Shown here: one piece after another, positions 30,020 through 41,309 of the stretch
How positions within the stretch are numbered: position 1 is the stretch's first letter
Layout: each line of letters starts with the position of its first letter
NCBI GenBank assembly: GCA_030429725.1
Contig: JAUIEX010000004.1
Span: forward strand, 1 to 59,606
Direction: 5' to 3'
DNA from: Alphaproteobacteria bacterium
GTDB lineage: Bacteria > Pseudomonadota > Alphaproteobacteria > Rickettsiales > UBA8987
Length of the DNA: 59,606 nt
The notes under the pieces: model-generated
Databases searched by the model: none
The model's input: the letters and a program-made list of their open reading frames with translations, nothing else
Told to the model about the DNA's origin: nothing
Translations under genes and position numbers: made by a program

Positions 30020-30085
30020 ATTACAGCACTTGCCGGCGGCAACGCGGTAGTCACTTATTCTTCCGCCCGTTTGGTTCGCTATTGC

Positions 30086-30154
30086 GTCATTCCAAACGCG
30101 ATTGGGAATCCAGCCTTTCCACTATTTTTGGATCCCCGCGTGCGCGAGGATGGC
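30086..30154. repeat. Intergenic palindromic element (family E), degenerate
   Basis: GTCATTCC...GGGAATCCAG...TGGATCCCCGCG..CGCGAGGATGGC; related to 43542-43624. Confidence 0.75.
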
Positions 30155-30253
30155 TGTTCTTTAAGGGAATTAGGTGTTAGCCTGTTATCCATTCGGCAGA
30201 AAGCCACAGCCGCGCCAGAAGTTAACAATAAAACAGCACTTGCATCCATTTTT

Positions 30254-30285
30254 TTAACGCCCTATTAACGGTCTTACGTTACCCT
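30254..30285 (+). promoter_or_regulatory. CtrA box plus -10
   Basis: TTAA-CGCCCTA-TTAAC; 11 nt after TTAA, TACCCT. Confidence 0.8.
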
Positions 30286-30317
30286 GAAGGGCAATGAAAC
30301 GAGAGTGAGGTCGTGCA

Positions 30318-30599
30318 ATGGCATCGGTAAAAGATATGATTGATAACATCCCCGAACCAGCGGAAGGGGATAGCAGGGTGGAAGATCTGATGCAGGATCC
30401 GGAATATCTTCGTATGTCTTCACAGGTAATTCAGGAAGCGCTGAAAAAGGGCTTTGATGTGTTGCAGCTGGAAAATGGCGATATTGTTACCACCGGCACT
30501 AAGGTCATCGTCACCCAATATCACTGGGATGAGAAGAAAAATGACATGGTCAAACTTACCAACGCACAGCGCAAAGTGCTGGAAAAGAAAAAGAAATAA
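30318..30599 (+). CDS. Small conserved protein, DUF2671-like
   Basis: ALKKGFDVLQLENGDIV...QYHWD resembles the Rickettsiales DUF2671 family (from recall, not searched); GAGG RBS. Confidence 0.65.
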   Translation: MASVKDMIDNIPEPAEGDSRVEDLMQDPEYLRMSSQVIQEALKKGFDVLQLENGDIVTTGTKVIVTQYHWDEKKNDMVKLTNAQRKVLEKKKK

Positions 30600-30727
30600 C
30601 TCCTTCATGGTGAGTGAGGAAACGCAGCCTAAAGCCACTCACTCCTGAACACACACCGCTCACTTCTCAGAATTGCTTCATTGGCCTGCCGCCTCCACGC
30701 GGACGAAAAACCACCCAACCACTTCAA

Positions 30728-32050
30728 TTAGCGCTTTTTCATCGGCACGAAATCCCGCCGTGGTTCGCCGGTGTAAATCTGCCGTGGGCGGCCGATTTTC
30801 TGCTCCGGATCGGAGATCATCTCCCGCCACTGCGCCACCCAGCCTGCCGTTCTGGCCATGGCAAACAGCCCGGTATACAGCTCCACCGGTATGTGCAGCG
30901 CCTCATAAATAATGCCGGAATAAAAATCCACGTTGGGGAAAAGCTTCCGCTCCACAAAATATTCATCCTCCAGCGCAATTCGCTCTAATTCCTTCGCAAT
31001 CTGTAATTTCGGGCTATTTGTTACACCCACCTCTTCCAGCACCTCATCACAGGATAGCTTCAGCACCGCCGCGCGCGGGTCGTAATTCTTATAAACGCGG
31101 TGGCCGAAGCCCATCAGGCGGAACGGGTCTTCCTTATCCTTCGCGCGGTTGATAAATTCGGGAATATTGCTGACATCACCAATCTCTTCCAGCATATCAA
31201 TCACCGCTTCATTCGCGCCGCCATGCGCCGGCCCCCACAGGCAGGAAATACCCGCGCCGATGCAGGCAAACGGGTTCGCCTGTGACGAGCTGGCCAGCCG
31301 CACCGTGCTGGTGGAGGCATTCTGCTCATGATCGGCATGCAGAATCAGCAGCTTGTTCATCGCCCGTGCGGCCACATCACTCACCTTATATTCCTCGCAA
31401 GGCGTGGCAAACATCATATGCAGGAAATTACTCGTATAATCCAGATCGTTACGCGGATAAACAAAAGGCTGCCCCAGCGAATATTTATGCGCCATGGCGG
31501 TCAGGGTCGGCATTTTTGCTAACATACGGATAGAAGCCAAATCGCGCTGTTTCTCATCAAAAATATCCAGTGAATCGTGATAGAACGCTGAAAGTGAGGC
31601 CACCGAACCCACCAGAATCGCCATCGGGTGTGCCCGGCGCGGAAAGCCGCGCAGCAGGAAATTAATCTGCTCATGCACCATGGTGTGGTAAGTGATTTTA
31701 TGCGCAAACTCCTGATATTCCTTCTCATTTGGTAGCTCGCCATACATCAGCAGATAGCACACTTCCAGATAGGTGCAATTATCCGCCAGATCCTGAATAT
31801 CATAGCCGCGATGGCGCAGAATCCCCTCCTCACCGTCAATGAAAGTGATGGCTGAAGCACAGGAAGAGGTGCTGAAAAAGCCGGGATCATGCGTAAACAC
31901 ACCCGCTTCACGGTAAAGCCCGCGCACATCCACCACGCTGGGGCCTTCCGTGCCGCAATAGACCGGAAGCTCCACTTCTTTAGGCGCAGCGCCGCCAATT
32001 TCCAGCTTTAACGTTGCCTTGCCGCAACCTTCCATTTTCCCGACAGCCAT
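30728..32050 (-). CDS. gltA: Citrate synthase (type II)
   Basis: [34 protein letters not shown] and PNVDFYSG. Confidence 0.97.
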   Translation of the reverse strand: MAVGKMEGCGKATLKLEIGGAAPKEVELPVYCGTEGPSVVDVRGLYREAGVFTHDPGFFSTSSCASAITFIDGEEGILRHRGYDIQDLADNCTYLEVCYLLMYGELPNEKEYQEFAHKITYHTMVHEQINFLLRGFPRRAHPMAILVGSVASLSAFYHDSLDIFDEKQRDLASIRMLAKMPTLTAMAHKYSLGQPFVYPRNDLDYTSNFLHMMFATPCEEYKVSDVAARAMNKLLILHADHEQNASTSTVRLASSSQANPFACIGAGISCLWGPAHGGANEAVIDMLEEIGDVSNIPEFINRAKDKEDPFRLMGFGHRVYKNYDPRAAVLKLSCDEVLEEVGVTNSPKLQIAKELERIALEDEYFVERKLFPNVDFYSGIIYEALHIPVELYTGLFAMARTAGWVAQWREMISDPEQKIGRPRQIYTGEPRRDFVPMKKR

Positions 32051-32068
32051 AGAATATCTCCTGTTATT

Positions 32069-32160
32069 TAGACACTGTTATTAAAATAGGGGTTATTTTG
32101 TTACCGGCTTAAATCGTTGATTCGCAAGGAAAAATATCTCCTACTTTATAACAGTGTCTA
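32069..32160. mobile_element. MITE-like element (family F), internally deleted copy, upstream of gltA
   Basis: TAGACACTGTTAT...ATAACAGTGTCTA; shares GGCTTAAATCGTTGATTCGCAAGGAAAA with the reverse complement of 13283-13460. Confidence 0.85.
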
Positions 32161-32286
32161 ACAGGATGATAGCAAGTTTGTTCGCAGGTGCAAAAAAACC
32201 GGCCGAAGCCGGTTCTAATCTTCATCAATCACCGCTGAATTGTGCCTTTTCTACCATCACCCTTTTGGTGTGGCGGCCGGCCGGGC

Positions 32287-34503
32287 TTAAGTGTGAACCA
32301 CCGTTTGTTCTTGCATCATTTCTTTTTGTTGTTGCATGAAGTCTTTCTCACCCTTCTCGCCATTTTTTTCACGGAATTTTTTACGGAGTTCTTCACCTTT
32401 GAGTTGGCTGGTGGTTAAATTGGCCATGGCTTGCTCGGGTGTCAGCGCCGGGTCAACATGGCCTTTTTGAATGCGCACGGCCGCTTCCGGATTTGCAGCC
32501 ATGGAGCCACCGACCCGCACCACCTGCTCATTCGCAATATTGGCAGCAAAATTCGTCGATTTATCCCCAGGCGTTGAGTTGCCGGGCAGGCCATTGATAT
32601 CCACATTGCTCACCGTCACCCCGGCAAATGCATTGCCCGGCACCGCGCCGGCATCACTTGATATTCCCACATCGGCGCTGCTTAATTTCCCTCCCTTCTT
32701 ATCAATTTTTTCGTTCATTTTCTCCAGCTTCGCTTCCAGCTCTTCCAGCTCATTGGCCGCGCCGCGCTTCATTTTCCCACTTTTTTTATAATTATCCGGG
32801 TCGGCTTCCAGCGCATCAATCTGCTGCTGAATCTCTTCCGCCTCGCCTTCCAGCCTGTCCATGCGGCGCTCCTGCCGTTCTTCCTGCTGCTCCTGCCGTT
32901 CTTGCTGCTGCTGACCTTTTTTAACATCCCGCACCGCGCCTTTTGGGTTCACCTTTGCTTGCTTGTCCTGCGCTTTTTCCTGCGATGCTTCTGTTCGCTG
33001 ACTTTGTTTTCCGGCACGATCCAGTGCGGCATCAAATTCTTTCTGAAGCATTTCAGGTGTCACCTCTTTCAGCCCTTCATTTCCAAGGCTTTTTGCTACA
33101 AAATTTGCTTCTTGTGGGTGTTTCTTAGCAAATTCTGAAAATATTCTCATAGACTCATGATTCATCCCGGCAACCGACATCTGATGTGCAATTGTCTTGA
33201 CATTTTCCACCGCGGCGGTGTGGTTTGCTTCTTTGATAACGCCATCTGCAAGTGATTGATCAAGCAGCTTGATCTGACCATCTCTATATTCGGCAATATC
33301 TTTCACAAGCTGCGCCTGGCGCTGCTCCGGCGTTAAATTGGCGCGTTCTGCCAGATGCTGGGTGGTTGCCGGCTCCTTGCCGTTTAACTTATCCCAGCCG
33401 GCGCTTAAATCATCGCTAATGCTCTGCCCGCTCACACCGTTTTCATTATGGTGCTTCTTGCCCTTGAATAATAAGAGCGCACCGCCAATCAACACCACCG
33501 GCACAATCAATTTCTTCAGCAGGCCACCCAAACCGCCCAACATACCACCCAGGCCGCCTTTGCCGCCCTTGCCGAAAATTCCAAAAGCAAGCGCACCCAC
33601 CGCACCCAGCAGGCCAAGCTTGCCCCATTCCGGGCCATCGCCGTCGCCAATGCCCAGCGTGTCTTTCATCCAGTCTTTCGCGCGCTCAAAAAAGCTTTTT
33701 TCCTGGTCATCGCCTTTTTCTTTGTCTTTGGCGGCAGCTTGCTTGCGCTTTTCTTCTTCTATCTCTGCCTTGGTCATCGGGGCGGTGGAAAGTTCATCCT
33801 TCACATATTCCCGCGCTTTGATATCCGCCGGCACGTCGGAACTGGCCGGCAGTGTGGATGTAAACGTCACCAGCTCTTTCTTTGCCGCGCGCGCTTCGTC
33901 AATAAAGCTCTTACCTGTTTTGCTTTTGCCCTCCAGCGTGGCCACCTCCCCGCTCTCATGATGCACCATCACAAATTGCAGATTGCCATTGGCCAGATCG
34001 GGGGAATTATCCGCATTGCGCTTCAGCGTCAGGCGGAAGCCGGCCTCTTCAAATTTTTCAATGGATTTCAGCTGGGCATCGGTGAAATATTTCCCCAGAT
34101 CCACCGCGGCGTCCTGATTGCCCGTCACCCGTGGGTTGTTGGAACCGGCAATGCTGCCCTCTTTGCCATCCCCCGTGCCGAACAGGGTGAAGCCAAAGGC
34201 ACCTTCCGTCACATCATCGGTGAATTTTGCGGCTTTATCCGCCACCCTTCCCCCGGTGCGCGACAGGGATTCTCCAAGCGCTTCCCCCGTGCTAATATTC
34301 GGGTTTTCGGCTCTCACCGCCTTATAATCGTCAATGGCGCCGCTCTTATCGGCCACCACCACATAGGCAGCCGTGCCTTTCGTTGCAACATCTGTCACAG
34401 TTTTCACGCCTTTCACCGTTTTCGCGCTGGCGCCAAACATTTCCGCCACACCGCCGGCCACTTTCGGAACCACGCTGAATAATGCTTTAATTGCTCTAAA
34501 CAT
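32287..34503 (-). CDS. Hypothetical 738-aa protein with Gly-rich hydrophobic hairpin and coiled coils
   Basis: GGAG RBS; TM-like GLLGAVGALAFG...VVLIGGALLLF segments; Q/E/K-rich coiled regions. Confidence 0.8.
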   Translation of the reverse strand: MFRAIKALFSVVPKVAGGVAEMFGASAKTVKGVKTVTDVATKGTAAYVVVADKSGAIDDYKAVRAENPNISTGEALGESLSRTGGRVADKAAKFTDDVTEGAFGFTLFGTGDGKEGSIAGSNNPRVTGNQDAAVDLGKYFTDAQLKSIEKFEEAGFRLTLKRNADNSPDLANGNLQFVMVHHESGEVATLEGKSKTGKSFIDEARAAKKELVTFTSTLPASSDVPADIKAREYVKDELSTAPMTKAEIEEEKRKQAAAKDKEKGDDQEKSFFERAKDWMKDTLGIGDGDGPEWGKLGLLGAVGALAFGIFGKGGKGGLGGMLGGLGGLLKKLIVPVVLIGGALLLFKGKKHHNENGVSGQSISDDLSAGWDKLNGKEPATTQHLAERANLTPEQRQAQLVKDIAEYRDGQIKLLDQSLADGVIKEANHTAAVENVKTIAHQMSVAGMNHESMRIFSEFAKKHPQEANFVAKSLGNEGLKEVTPEMLQKEFDAALDRAGKQSQRTEASQEKAQDKQAKVNPKGAVRDVKKGQQQQERQEQQEERQERRMDRLEGEAEEIQQQIDALEADPDNYKKSGKMKRGAANELEELEAKLEKMNEKIDKKGGKLSSADVGISSDAGAVPGNAFAGVTVSNVDINGLPGNSTPGDKSTNFAANIANEQVVRVGGSMAANPEAAVRIQKGHVDPALTPEQAMANLTTSQLKGEELRKKFREKNGEKGEKDFMQQQKEMMQEQTVVHT

Positions 34504-34524
34504 TGTCTTTCTCCATTTATCCTT

Positions 34525-35724
34525 CTATCCAATTCCCTGGCCAGTTGTTTTTGCCTGCTGTTGCTGTTGCGCGTCAATCTGCGCAGATGAAAGCCCCTCC
34601 AGAGACGCCGCCGAAAAATAGCTGGCAGCATCAATTGCGGCATACGGCATATTATCTGCCTCATTCTCCTGCGTTTCCCGCGTGGCGGCATCCGTTGCTT
34701 TTGCTGTGGTTGTTTGCATCATTTGGGCGATGTCACTCTCCAGCGCCGGCAATTGTGCCTGCACAAACTTCGCCGTATCAGTGGCATAGCCCACCTCGCG
34801 GCGCGTTCCATCCGCCATCACGGAAAAAACCTTATCATTCTGCTCCGGGTCAATCACCAGATATTGCGGCAGAACTGAAGGCACCACCATTCCCGCAGCG
34901 CTGGCCGCCTCACGATAAGCCGCCAATTTTCCGTTTAGAGCCACTACATTGGTAACGGTCTGTTCATAATATTGTTCATTGGTCATGCCACCGGTAACGG
35001 AGGCGATTTTCTGTTCCGCTTCTGCGCCGGTTCCCAGCCCAATCACCGCATCCCCGGCCAGTCCGGCCGCTTCCACGCGGGATGTTTCCTTTTCGGAATC
35101 GAAATTCTTATAAGTGTCCCAATTTTGGTACACGCTGTAAGCTGCCAAACCAATCGTGGCAACCCAACCAATCACCGGGATGGCACGAAAACCAACCTTG
35201 CCGCCTACCTTGGCCGCAACTTTGGCCGCAACTTTGGCGGCTTTGGCCTCTTGTGCCGCAACTTTGGCCGCAACTTTGGCCGCAGCTTTGGCCTCTTGTG
35301 CTGCAAGCCTGGCTACATCATCTGCCAAATTCCCTGCCGCTTTCAGGGATTGATCCAGCGCTTTTTTGGCAACGGGGTTGTTCAATATGTTGACGGCTTT
35401 GGCCAATTCTGTTGTTTTTTGTGTACCAACCACCACGCTCTGAAGCGCTTTCTGCACTTCCGCCACCCGCGCGGCAACAGCCGCTTGCGAGGCATTGGTT
35501 GCCAGCCCAAGTGTTTTATAGGCGTTATTCAGTAAATTTCCATCAATCAGGCTCATGGCGGCTCTCATTTCCGCCGCCTGTGCGGCGCTGACCGCACCGG
35601 CAATTTTCAGCTGCGTAGCATGGTGAGCAACCTTTTCCGCCATCTGGGCATACGTCGCACCCGGCGCTATATCCAGCGTTTTAAATGCTGCTGCCATTTT
35701 TTTTGCGATCTCTACTTCACTCAT
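34525..35724 (-). CDS. Hypothetical 399-aa protein with two J-domain-like starts, AAKV repeats and a TM segment
   Basis: AFKTLDIAPGATYAQM and AYKTLGLATNASQAAV; AIPVIGWVATIGLAAY hydrophobic segment. Confidence 0.8.
   Translation of the reverse strand: MSEVEIAKKMAAAFKTLDIAPGATYAQMAEKVAHHATQLKIAGAVSAAQAAEMRAAMSLIDGNLLNNAYKTLGLATNASQAAVAARVAEVQKALQSVVVGTQKTTELAKAVNILNNPVAKKALDQSLKAAGNLADDVARLAAQEAKAAAKVAAKVAAQEAKAAKVAAKVAAKVGGKVGFRAIPVIGWVATIGLAAYSVYQNWDTYKNFDSEKETSRVEAAGLAGDAVIGLGTGAEAEQKIASVTGGMTNEQYYEQTVTNVVALNGKLAAYREAASAAGMVVPSVLPQYLVIDPEQNDKVFSVMADGTRREVGYATDTAKFVQAQLPALESDIAQMMQTTTAKATDAATRETQENEADNMPYAAIDAASYFSAASLEGLSSAQIDAQQQQQAKTTGQGIG
35210..35305. repeat. Coding tandem repeat (12-nt TTGGCCGCAACT units) giving AAKV/AAQEAK repeats
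   Basis: Directly visible in the sequence. Confidence 0.85.
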
Positions 35725-35733
35725 AACCCTTAC

Positions 35734-35765
35734 ATTCTAACAGGTAAAGATTAACAACTGGTTAA
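35734..35765 (-). promoter_or_regulatory. CtrA box plus -10
   Basis: TTAA-CCAGTTG-TTAA, 11 nt, TAGAAT, 9 nt, ATG. Confidence 0.8.
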
Positions 35766-35996
35766 GCCGGCTGGGCATCGGCGCAATTTCTTAAGGCACT
35801 GAACTACCCTGTGTTGGAACAAAAAACAAAGTAATTTCAATGTATTAAAAAGTCTGCACACCCCCTTGCTCAAAGATTAATCAGGGGTTACGTTCCTATG
35901 GCACGCATTGGGAGGAAAAATTGGCAGTTCTCGGCACCGGAATTTTACAGATGCACCATAATTGCTGTGGCGGGCATCGTGGGCGATAAGCACTCC

Positions 35997-37025
35997 ATGT
36001 TTTCGCAGGAGGGTTTTCAACCCGTCATCACCGGGGTACATCGCTTTCTGGCCAGTGAAAAACCCCCCATTCGGGAAGGAAAACCTCTCTGGCAACGTGG
36101 CAGCACGCAGCTGCTCTCTTTTTGTTCCGATAGCGAAACAATTGCTGATTACCCAATCATTCTGGTGCCCTCGCTGATCAATAAGGCGCATATTTTCGAT
36201 CTGCTGCCGGAGGTCAGCCTGGTGGCGTTTCTGCGCGCGCAGGGCTTCAATCCGCTGCTGTTGGATTGGGGCGTGCCGGGGGCGGAAGAGGCGGATTTTA
36301 CCGTGGCGGAGTATGTCACGCAGCGCCTGCTGCCTTCCATGCAGTATCTTTCTGAAAAATCAGGAGAAACACCCGTTCTACTCGGCTATTGCCTGGGCGG
36401 AATGATGGCGCTGGCTGCCGCGCAGCTTGCCCCGGAAAAAACGCGCGGCCTTGTGCTGGTGGCCACCCCGTGGGATTTTCATGCCGGGCTGTCCCCGGAA
36501 AAAACTCCATTAGCGAAAGATATGCGCCAGACCACCGGCAGTTTTCTGGAGTTGCTACTCACCCGCCATCACGCCATTCCGCCCGCCATCATCCAGCATT
36601 TATTCTATCTGAAAGACCCACAGGCGGAACATCAGCGCTTCACGGACTACGCCCATTTGCCGGACAATGACAAAAAAGCCCTGCTTTTTGAGGCACGGCA
36701 GCACTGGCTTCAGGATGGTGTGCCGCTAACGGCCAATGTGGCGAAGGATTGTTTTGTGCATTTTTCGCGGGATAATCGCGCTTTGCACGAGCAGTGGCAG
36801 GTGGGGGGGAAGGCCATTTCTCCAAAAAAAGTCACCCGCCCAACCTATCTTCTTAACGGCGCGCATGATGCGCTTGTTCCGGCGGAATGCTCTGTTTTTC
36901 TTAAGGAATCCATCGTTCAAAGCCAGCAGCATATTGCGCCGACCGGGCATTTGGGTTTGGTTTCCAGCCCACGCGCCGCTAAGGCATGGTGGCTTACCCT
37001 TGCGGATTGGCTAAAAACACATTAA
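35997..37025 (+). CDS. phaC: PHA synthase-like alpha/beta hydrolase (class III PhaC-like)
   Basis: LVPSLIN, LLDWG, lipase box GYCLGG, D.LVP and GHLG; directly upstream of phaA-phaB; start uncertain. Confidence 0.72.
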   Translation: MFSQEGFQPVITGVHRFLASEKPPIREGKPLWQRGSTQLLSFCSDSETIADYPIILVPSLINKAHIFDLLPEVSLVAFLRAQGFNPLLLDWGVPGAEEADFTVAEYVTQRLLPSMQYLSEKSGETPVLLGYCLGGMMALAAAQLAPEKTRGLVLVATPWDFHAGLSPEKTPLAKDMRQTTGSFLELLLTRHHAIPPAIIQHLFYLKDPQAEHQRFTDYAHLPDNDKKALLFEARQHWLQDGVPLTANVAKDCFVHFSRDNRALHEQWQVGGKAISPKKVTRPTYLLNGAHDALVPAECSVFLKESIVQSQQHIAPTGHLGLVSSPRAAKAWWLTLADWLKTH

Positions 37026-37087
37026 CTGCAACCATAGGTAAAATAACCGTTTTTGCTGCATTGCAGCATTTTGTAGGAGAAACTATC

Positions 37088-38281
37088 ATGGCCAACGCCG
37101 TCATCACCCACGCCATCCGCACGCCAATCGGCAATTTTTTGGGCGGGCTTTCCGGCTTAAAGGCGCATCAGCTTTCCGCGCCATTAATTGCGGCATTGCT
37201 CAAACAAAGCGGCCTGAAACCGGATGAAATCAGCGAAGTGATTCTGGGGCAGGTACTTTCCGCAGCAGCCGGGCAGAATGAGGCGCGTCAGGCTGCCATT
37301 CACGGCGGGCTGGATGAATCTGTGCCGGCATGGACGATCAATCAGGTCTGCGGTTCCGGCCTGCGCACGGTGGCACTGGCCTGTCAGGCAATCTGCCACG
37401 GGGATGCGGAAATTATTATTGCCGGCGGCCATGAAAGCATGAGCAACGCCCCGCACGCCGTGCATTTGCGGGGCGGCACCAAAATGGGCAACGCCGCCAT
37501 GATCGACACCATGATTACCGATGGCTTGTGGGATGCGTTTAACGATTACCATATGGGGCAGACGGCGGAAAATGTGGCCGAGAAATATGGCATCAGCCGG
37601 CAGGAACAGGATGCCTTTGCCGCCGCCTCGCAGCAGAAAGCCGAAGCGGCACAGAAATCCGGTAAGTTTGATACGGAAATTCACCCCATCACCATTAAGG
37701 GCCGCAAAGGGGATGTGACGATTGATACGGATGAATTTCCCCGTCACGGCACCACGGCGGAGGGGTTAAGTGGCCTGCGCCCCGCATTTGCCAAAGATGG
37801 CACGGTGACAGCCGGCAACGCCTCGGGCATTAATGACGGCGCGGCGCTGGTGATTGTGATGAGCGAAGAGGCTGCAAAAAAGCGCGGCCTGAAGCCACTG
37901 GCGCGGATTGTGGCTTCCGCTACGTGCGGTGTTGACCCTAAAATCATGGGCACCGGCCCCATTCCCGCCAGCAGCAAGGCGCTGCAAAAAGCCGGCTGGA
38001 GCGTGGATGATCTGGATGTGATCGAGGCTAACGAAGCCTTCGCCGCGCAGGCCATTGCCGTGAATAAAGAGATGGGCTGGGATACGGCAAAAGTGAATGT
38101 CAATGGTGGTGCCATTGCGCTGGGGCACCCGATTGGCGCTTCCGGTGCGCGGGTGCTCGTTACCCTGCTGCATGAACTTAACCGCCGCGCCGAAGCGGCC
38201 GGAAAGCCGCAAAAAGGGCTGGCAACGCTCTGCATCGGCGGCGGCATGGGCGTGGCTTTGGCGGTGGAAACTGTCAGTTAG
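37088..38281 (+). CDS. phaA: Acetyl-CoA C-acetyltransferase (thiolase)
   Basis: [29 protein letters not shown] and [16 protein letters not shown]. Confidence 0.95.
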   Translation: MANAVITHAIRTPIGNFLGGLSGLKAHQLSAPLIAALLKQSGLKPDEISEVILGQVLSAAAGQNEARQAAIHGGLDESVPAWTINQVCGSGLRTVALACQAICHGDAEIIIAGGHESMSNAPHAVHLRGGTKMGNAAMIDTMITDGLWDAFNDYHMGQTAENVAEKYGISRQEQDAFAAASQQKAEAAQKSGKFDTEIHPITIKGRKGDVTIDTDEFPRHGTTAEGLSGLRPAFAKDGTVTAGNASGINDGAALVIVMSEEAAKKRGLKPLARIVASATCGVDPKIMGTGPIPASSKALQKAGWSVDDLDVIEANEAFAAQAIAVNKEMGWDTAKVNVNGGAIALGHPIGASGARVLVTLLHELNRRAEAAGKPQKGLATLCIGGGMGVALAVETVS

Positions 38282-38377
38282 CAGCTGGCGGTATGCAGTG
38301 TGCAGTTTTAAAAAAATTGCTGCAAACTGCTGACTGAACACTTCGAACTTATTCAATCATCAATTATCTATCATCAG
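38275..38377. repeat. Degenerate heptamer repeats in inverted arrangement between phaA and phaB
   Basis: CAGTTAG CAGCTGG CGGTATG CAGTGTG ... CTGCAAA CTGCTGA CTGAACA; same style as the arms at 1994-2134. Confidence 0.65.
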
Positions 38378-38392
38378 AATCAGGAGAACATC

Positions 38393-39115
38393 ATGACCAA
38401 AACAGCTCTTGTCACCGGCGGCACACGCGGCATCGGCGCTTCCATTTCCATCGCACTGCAAAAAGCCGGCTATAAGGTGGCCGCCAATTATGCCACCAAC
38501 CATGATGTGGCCAAAACCTTCACGGCGGAAACCGGCATCAAGGCCTTTTCCTGGGATGTGGGAGATTTTGACGCCTGCGCCACCGGCATTGCGAAAGTGG
38601 AAGAAGAAATCGGTGCGGTGGATATTCTGGTGAATAATGCCGGCATCACCTGGGACGGCATGATGCATAAAATGAGCGCGGAACAATGGCAGAAGGTGAT
38701 TAATGTGAACCTTAATTCGGTGTTTAACGTCACCCGCGCCGTGATTGAAGGCATGCGCGCGCGCAATTTTGGCCGCGTGGTGAATATCAGTTCCATCAAC
38801 GCCCAGGCAGGCCAGATGGGGCAGACGAATTATTCCGCCACCAAGGCCGGAATTATGGGCTTCACCAAGGCTTTAGCACGGGAATCCGCGCGCAAAAACA
38901 TCACGGTTAACACCGTTGCACCCGGCTATATTGAAACGGAAATGACCGGCAAGATCGACCAGAAAATCCTGGATAGCATCATCGCACAGATTCCGGTGGG
39001 GCGCATGGGTCACCCGGAAGAGATCGCCCGTGCTGTGCTGTTCCTTGCCGCCGATGAGGCCGGGTTCATCACCGGGGAAACCCTTTCCATCAATGGCGGC
39101 CATCATATGGAATAG
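38393..39115 (+). CDS. phaB: Acetoacetyl-CoA reductase
   Basis: TGGTRGIG, NNAGIT, GQMGQTNYSATK and INGG. Confidence 0.95.
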   Translation: MTKTALVTGGTRGIGASISIALQKAGYKVAANYATNHDVAKTFTAETGIKAFSWDVGDFDACATGIAKVEEEIGAVDILVNNAGITWDGMMHKMSAEQWQKVINVNLNSVFNVTRAVIEGMRARNFGRVVNISSINAQAGQMGQTNYSATKAGIMGFTKALARESARKNITVNTVAPGYIETEMTGKIDQKILDSIIAQIPVGRMGHPEEIARAVLFLAADEAGFITGETLSINGGHHME

Positions 39116-39166
39116 GCCGCTTTTTGGCGACCCCCGCGTTCCGGGGATGACAACTCAAACAAACGC

Positions 39167-40387
39167 CTAGGCCGCTTTGGCATCCGCCTTTGAGAGCACC
39201 GCCACGCCGGGCAGATCTTGCCCTTCCAGCCATTCCATGAAGGCTCCACCGGCGGTGGAGATATAGCTGATCTGATCCGCCACGCCGGCATGGTTGATGG
39301 CGGCCACCACATCCCCACCACCGGCGACGGAAACCAGCTTTCCTTCGCCGCTCTGCCGCGCCACCATCCGCGCGAAATGCAGGGTTGCCGCGTCAAACGG
39401 GCTTAGCTCAAACACGCCCAGCGGGCCGTTCCACACCAGAGTTTTGCATTGCTGCAGCGCCTCACTCCAGCCCAGCATGGTGCAGGGGCCGATATCCAGA
39501 ATCATTTTATCCTCCGGCACGTTGCCGGCAGCCACCACATGATTCGCCGCATGAGCTTCAAATTTCTCAGCCACCACCACATCTTCCGGCAGCAATAGCT
39601 GGCAGCCGGATTGCTCCGCTGCAACCGCAATTTCCCGCGCCGTTTCCAGAAAATCCTGCTCGCACAGCGAAGCGCCCACCGAGCAGCCGGAGGCCGCCAG
39701 GAAGGTGTTGGCCATGCCGCCGCCCACCACCAGATAATCCACCTGCTCGACCAGATTTTTCAGCACCGCAATTTTGGTGGAAACCTTTGCGCCACCCACC
39801 ACCGCCATCACCGGGCGCTCCGGCGCGCTTAACGCCTGTTCCAGATGCCGGATTTCCTCTTCCAGCAGCAGCCCCGCCGCAGAAGGAAGCCGGGAGGCCA
39901 CACCCGTGATGGAAGCATGGGCGCGGTGACTGCATGAAAAAGCATCATTCACATACATATCCGCTAACGCCGCCAGCCCGTCCACAAAGGCCGGGTCATT
40001 TTGCCGTTCACCATCGTGAAAGCGGAGATTTTCCAACAGCAATACTTCGCCGGGGGCGCATTTCTCCACCGCCGCTTCGGCCGCCGCGCCCACACAATCC
40101 ACACCAAAATGTACTTTCTCGCCCAGAATATCCTGCAGCGCATCGGCCACCGGGGCAAGGCTCAAACCCGGTTCATAGACCCCTTTCGGGCGGCCGAAAT
40201 GGGAAATCAGAATCACCTTACAGCCATGTTTTTGCAGGCGTTTGATGGTGGGCAATGTCCGCAGAATCCGCGCATCATCCGTCACGCGCCCCTGCTTCAT
40301 CGGCACGTTATAATCCACCCGCACCAAAGCACGCAGCCCTGTGGAAGGTTGCTGCGCCAATAAATCATCCAGTCGGTTCAGTGCCAT
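39167..40387 (-). CDS. pgk: Phosphoglycerate kinase
   Basis: RVDYNVP, SHFGRPKG, LENLRF, GGAKVSTK and STAGGAFMEWLEG. Confidence 0.96.
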   Translation of the reverse strand: MALNRLDDLLAQQPSTGLRALVRVDYNVPMKQGRVTDDARILRTLPTIKRLQKHGCKVILISHFGRPKGVYEPGLSLAPVADALQDILGEKVHFGVDCVGAAAEAAVEKCAPGEVLLLENLRFHDGERQNDPAFVDGLAALADMYVNDAFSCSHRAHASITGVASRLPSAAGLLLEEEIRHLEQALSAPERPVMAVVGGAKVSTKIAVLKNLVEQVDYLVVGGGMANTFLAASGCSVGASLCEQDFLETAREIAVAAEQSGCQLLLPEDVVVAEKFEAHAANHVVAAGNVPEDKMILDIGPCTMLGWSEALQQCKTLVWNGPLGVFELSPFDAATLHFARMVARQSGEGKLVSVAGGGDVVAAINHAGVADQISYISTAGGAFMEWLEGQDLPGVAVLSKADAKAA

Positions 40388-40493
40388 GCGGGCATTGTTA
40401 ATGCGTCCGCCTGAACTTGGCAAGTTATACTGATCGTGACGGTGATGGCGTTTTTCACTGCCTTGTGCCTTCCGGCCGTGCTACTGTGCCGGC

Positions 40494-41309
40494 ATGTTAA
40501 CGGCGGACGATATTGATTACCTCAAGGCGCTGGCGCAGGAAGCCGGCGCGGAAATTCTGCGCCATTATCAGGGCGCGGCGCAGGTTGAAATCAAAGAGGA
40601 TGACAGCCCGGTGACGGCCGCCGATCTGGCCGCAAATGCCATTATCATGCGCGGTTTGCGTGCGCGCTGGCCGAAAACTTACATCGTTTCCGAGGAAGGT
40701 GCGCCCAATGACGGCCTGATGCCGCCGGACGTGGCGGGAAGCTTCTGGCTGGTGGACCCGCTGGATGGCACGAAAAGTTACATTAAGCGCACCGGTGAAT
40801 TTACGGTGAATATTGCGCTGATTCAGGCCGGGCAGCCGGTTTTCGGCGTGGTGTTCGTGCCGGTGCAGAACCTGCTTTACTGGACGGATGCGCAGGGTGC
40901 GGCGTGGCGGAAAAATGCCTCCGACGCGGCGGAAAAAATCACCGTGCGCCGGCCGCCGGCAGCGGGGCTTACCGTGGTGGCCAGCAAGTCTCACCGCTCA
41001 AAAGAGACGGATGAGATGATTGCGCATCTGAAGGAAGCCACCGGCTTTGCGGTGGCGGAATTTCGCGCGGCCAGCAGCTCGCTCAAATTCTGCCTGCTGG
41101 CCGAAGGCGCGGCGGATCTTTACCCGCGCTTAGGCCCCACGATGGAGTGGGACACGGGCGCAGCGCATGCTATTTTGCGAGCAGCCGGGGGTAAACTTCG
41201 CCGGCCGGACGGCACGGCTTTCACCTATGGCAACCGGCAGCAGGCGCGGCCTTACCTTAACCCCTTCTTCATCGCCTGGGGTGATTTTGAACTGGGTTTG
41301 GAGGGTTAG
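40494..41309 (+). CDS. cysQ: 3'(2'),5'-bisphosphate nucleotidase
   Basis: SPVTAAD, WLVDPLDGTK, SSLKFC and MEWDTGA. Confidence 0.94.
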   Translation: MLTADDIDYLKALAQEAGAEILRHYQGAAQVEIKEDDSPVTAADLAANAIIMRGLRARWPKTYIVSEEGAPNDGLMPPDVAGSFWLVDPLDGTKSYIKRTGEFTVNIALIQAGQPVFGVVFVPVQNLLYWTDAQGAAWRKNASDAAEKITVRRPPAAGLTVVASKSHRSKETDEMIAHLKEATGFAVAEFRAASSSLKFCLLAEGAADLYPRLGPTMEWDTGAAHAILRAAGGKLRRPDGTAFTYGNRQQARPYLNPFFIAWGDFELGLEG

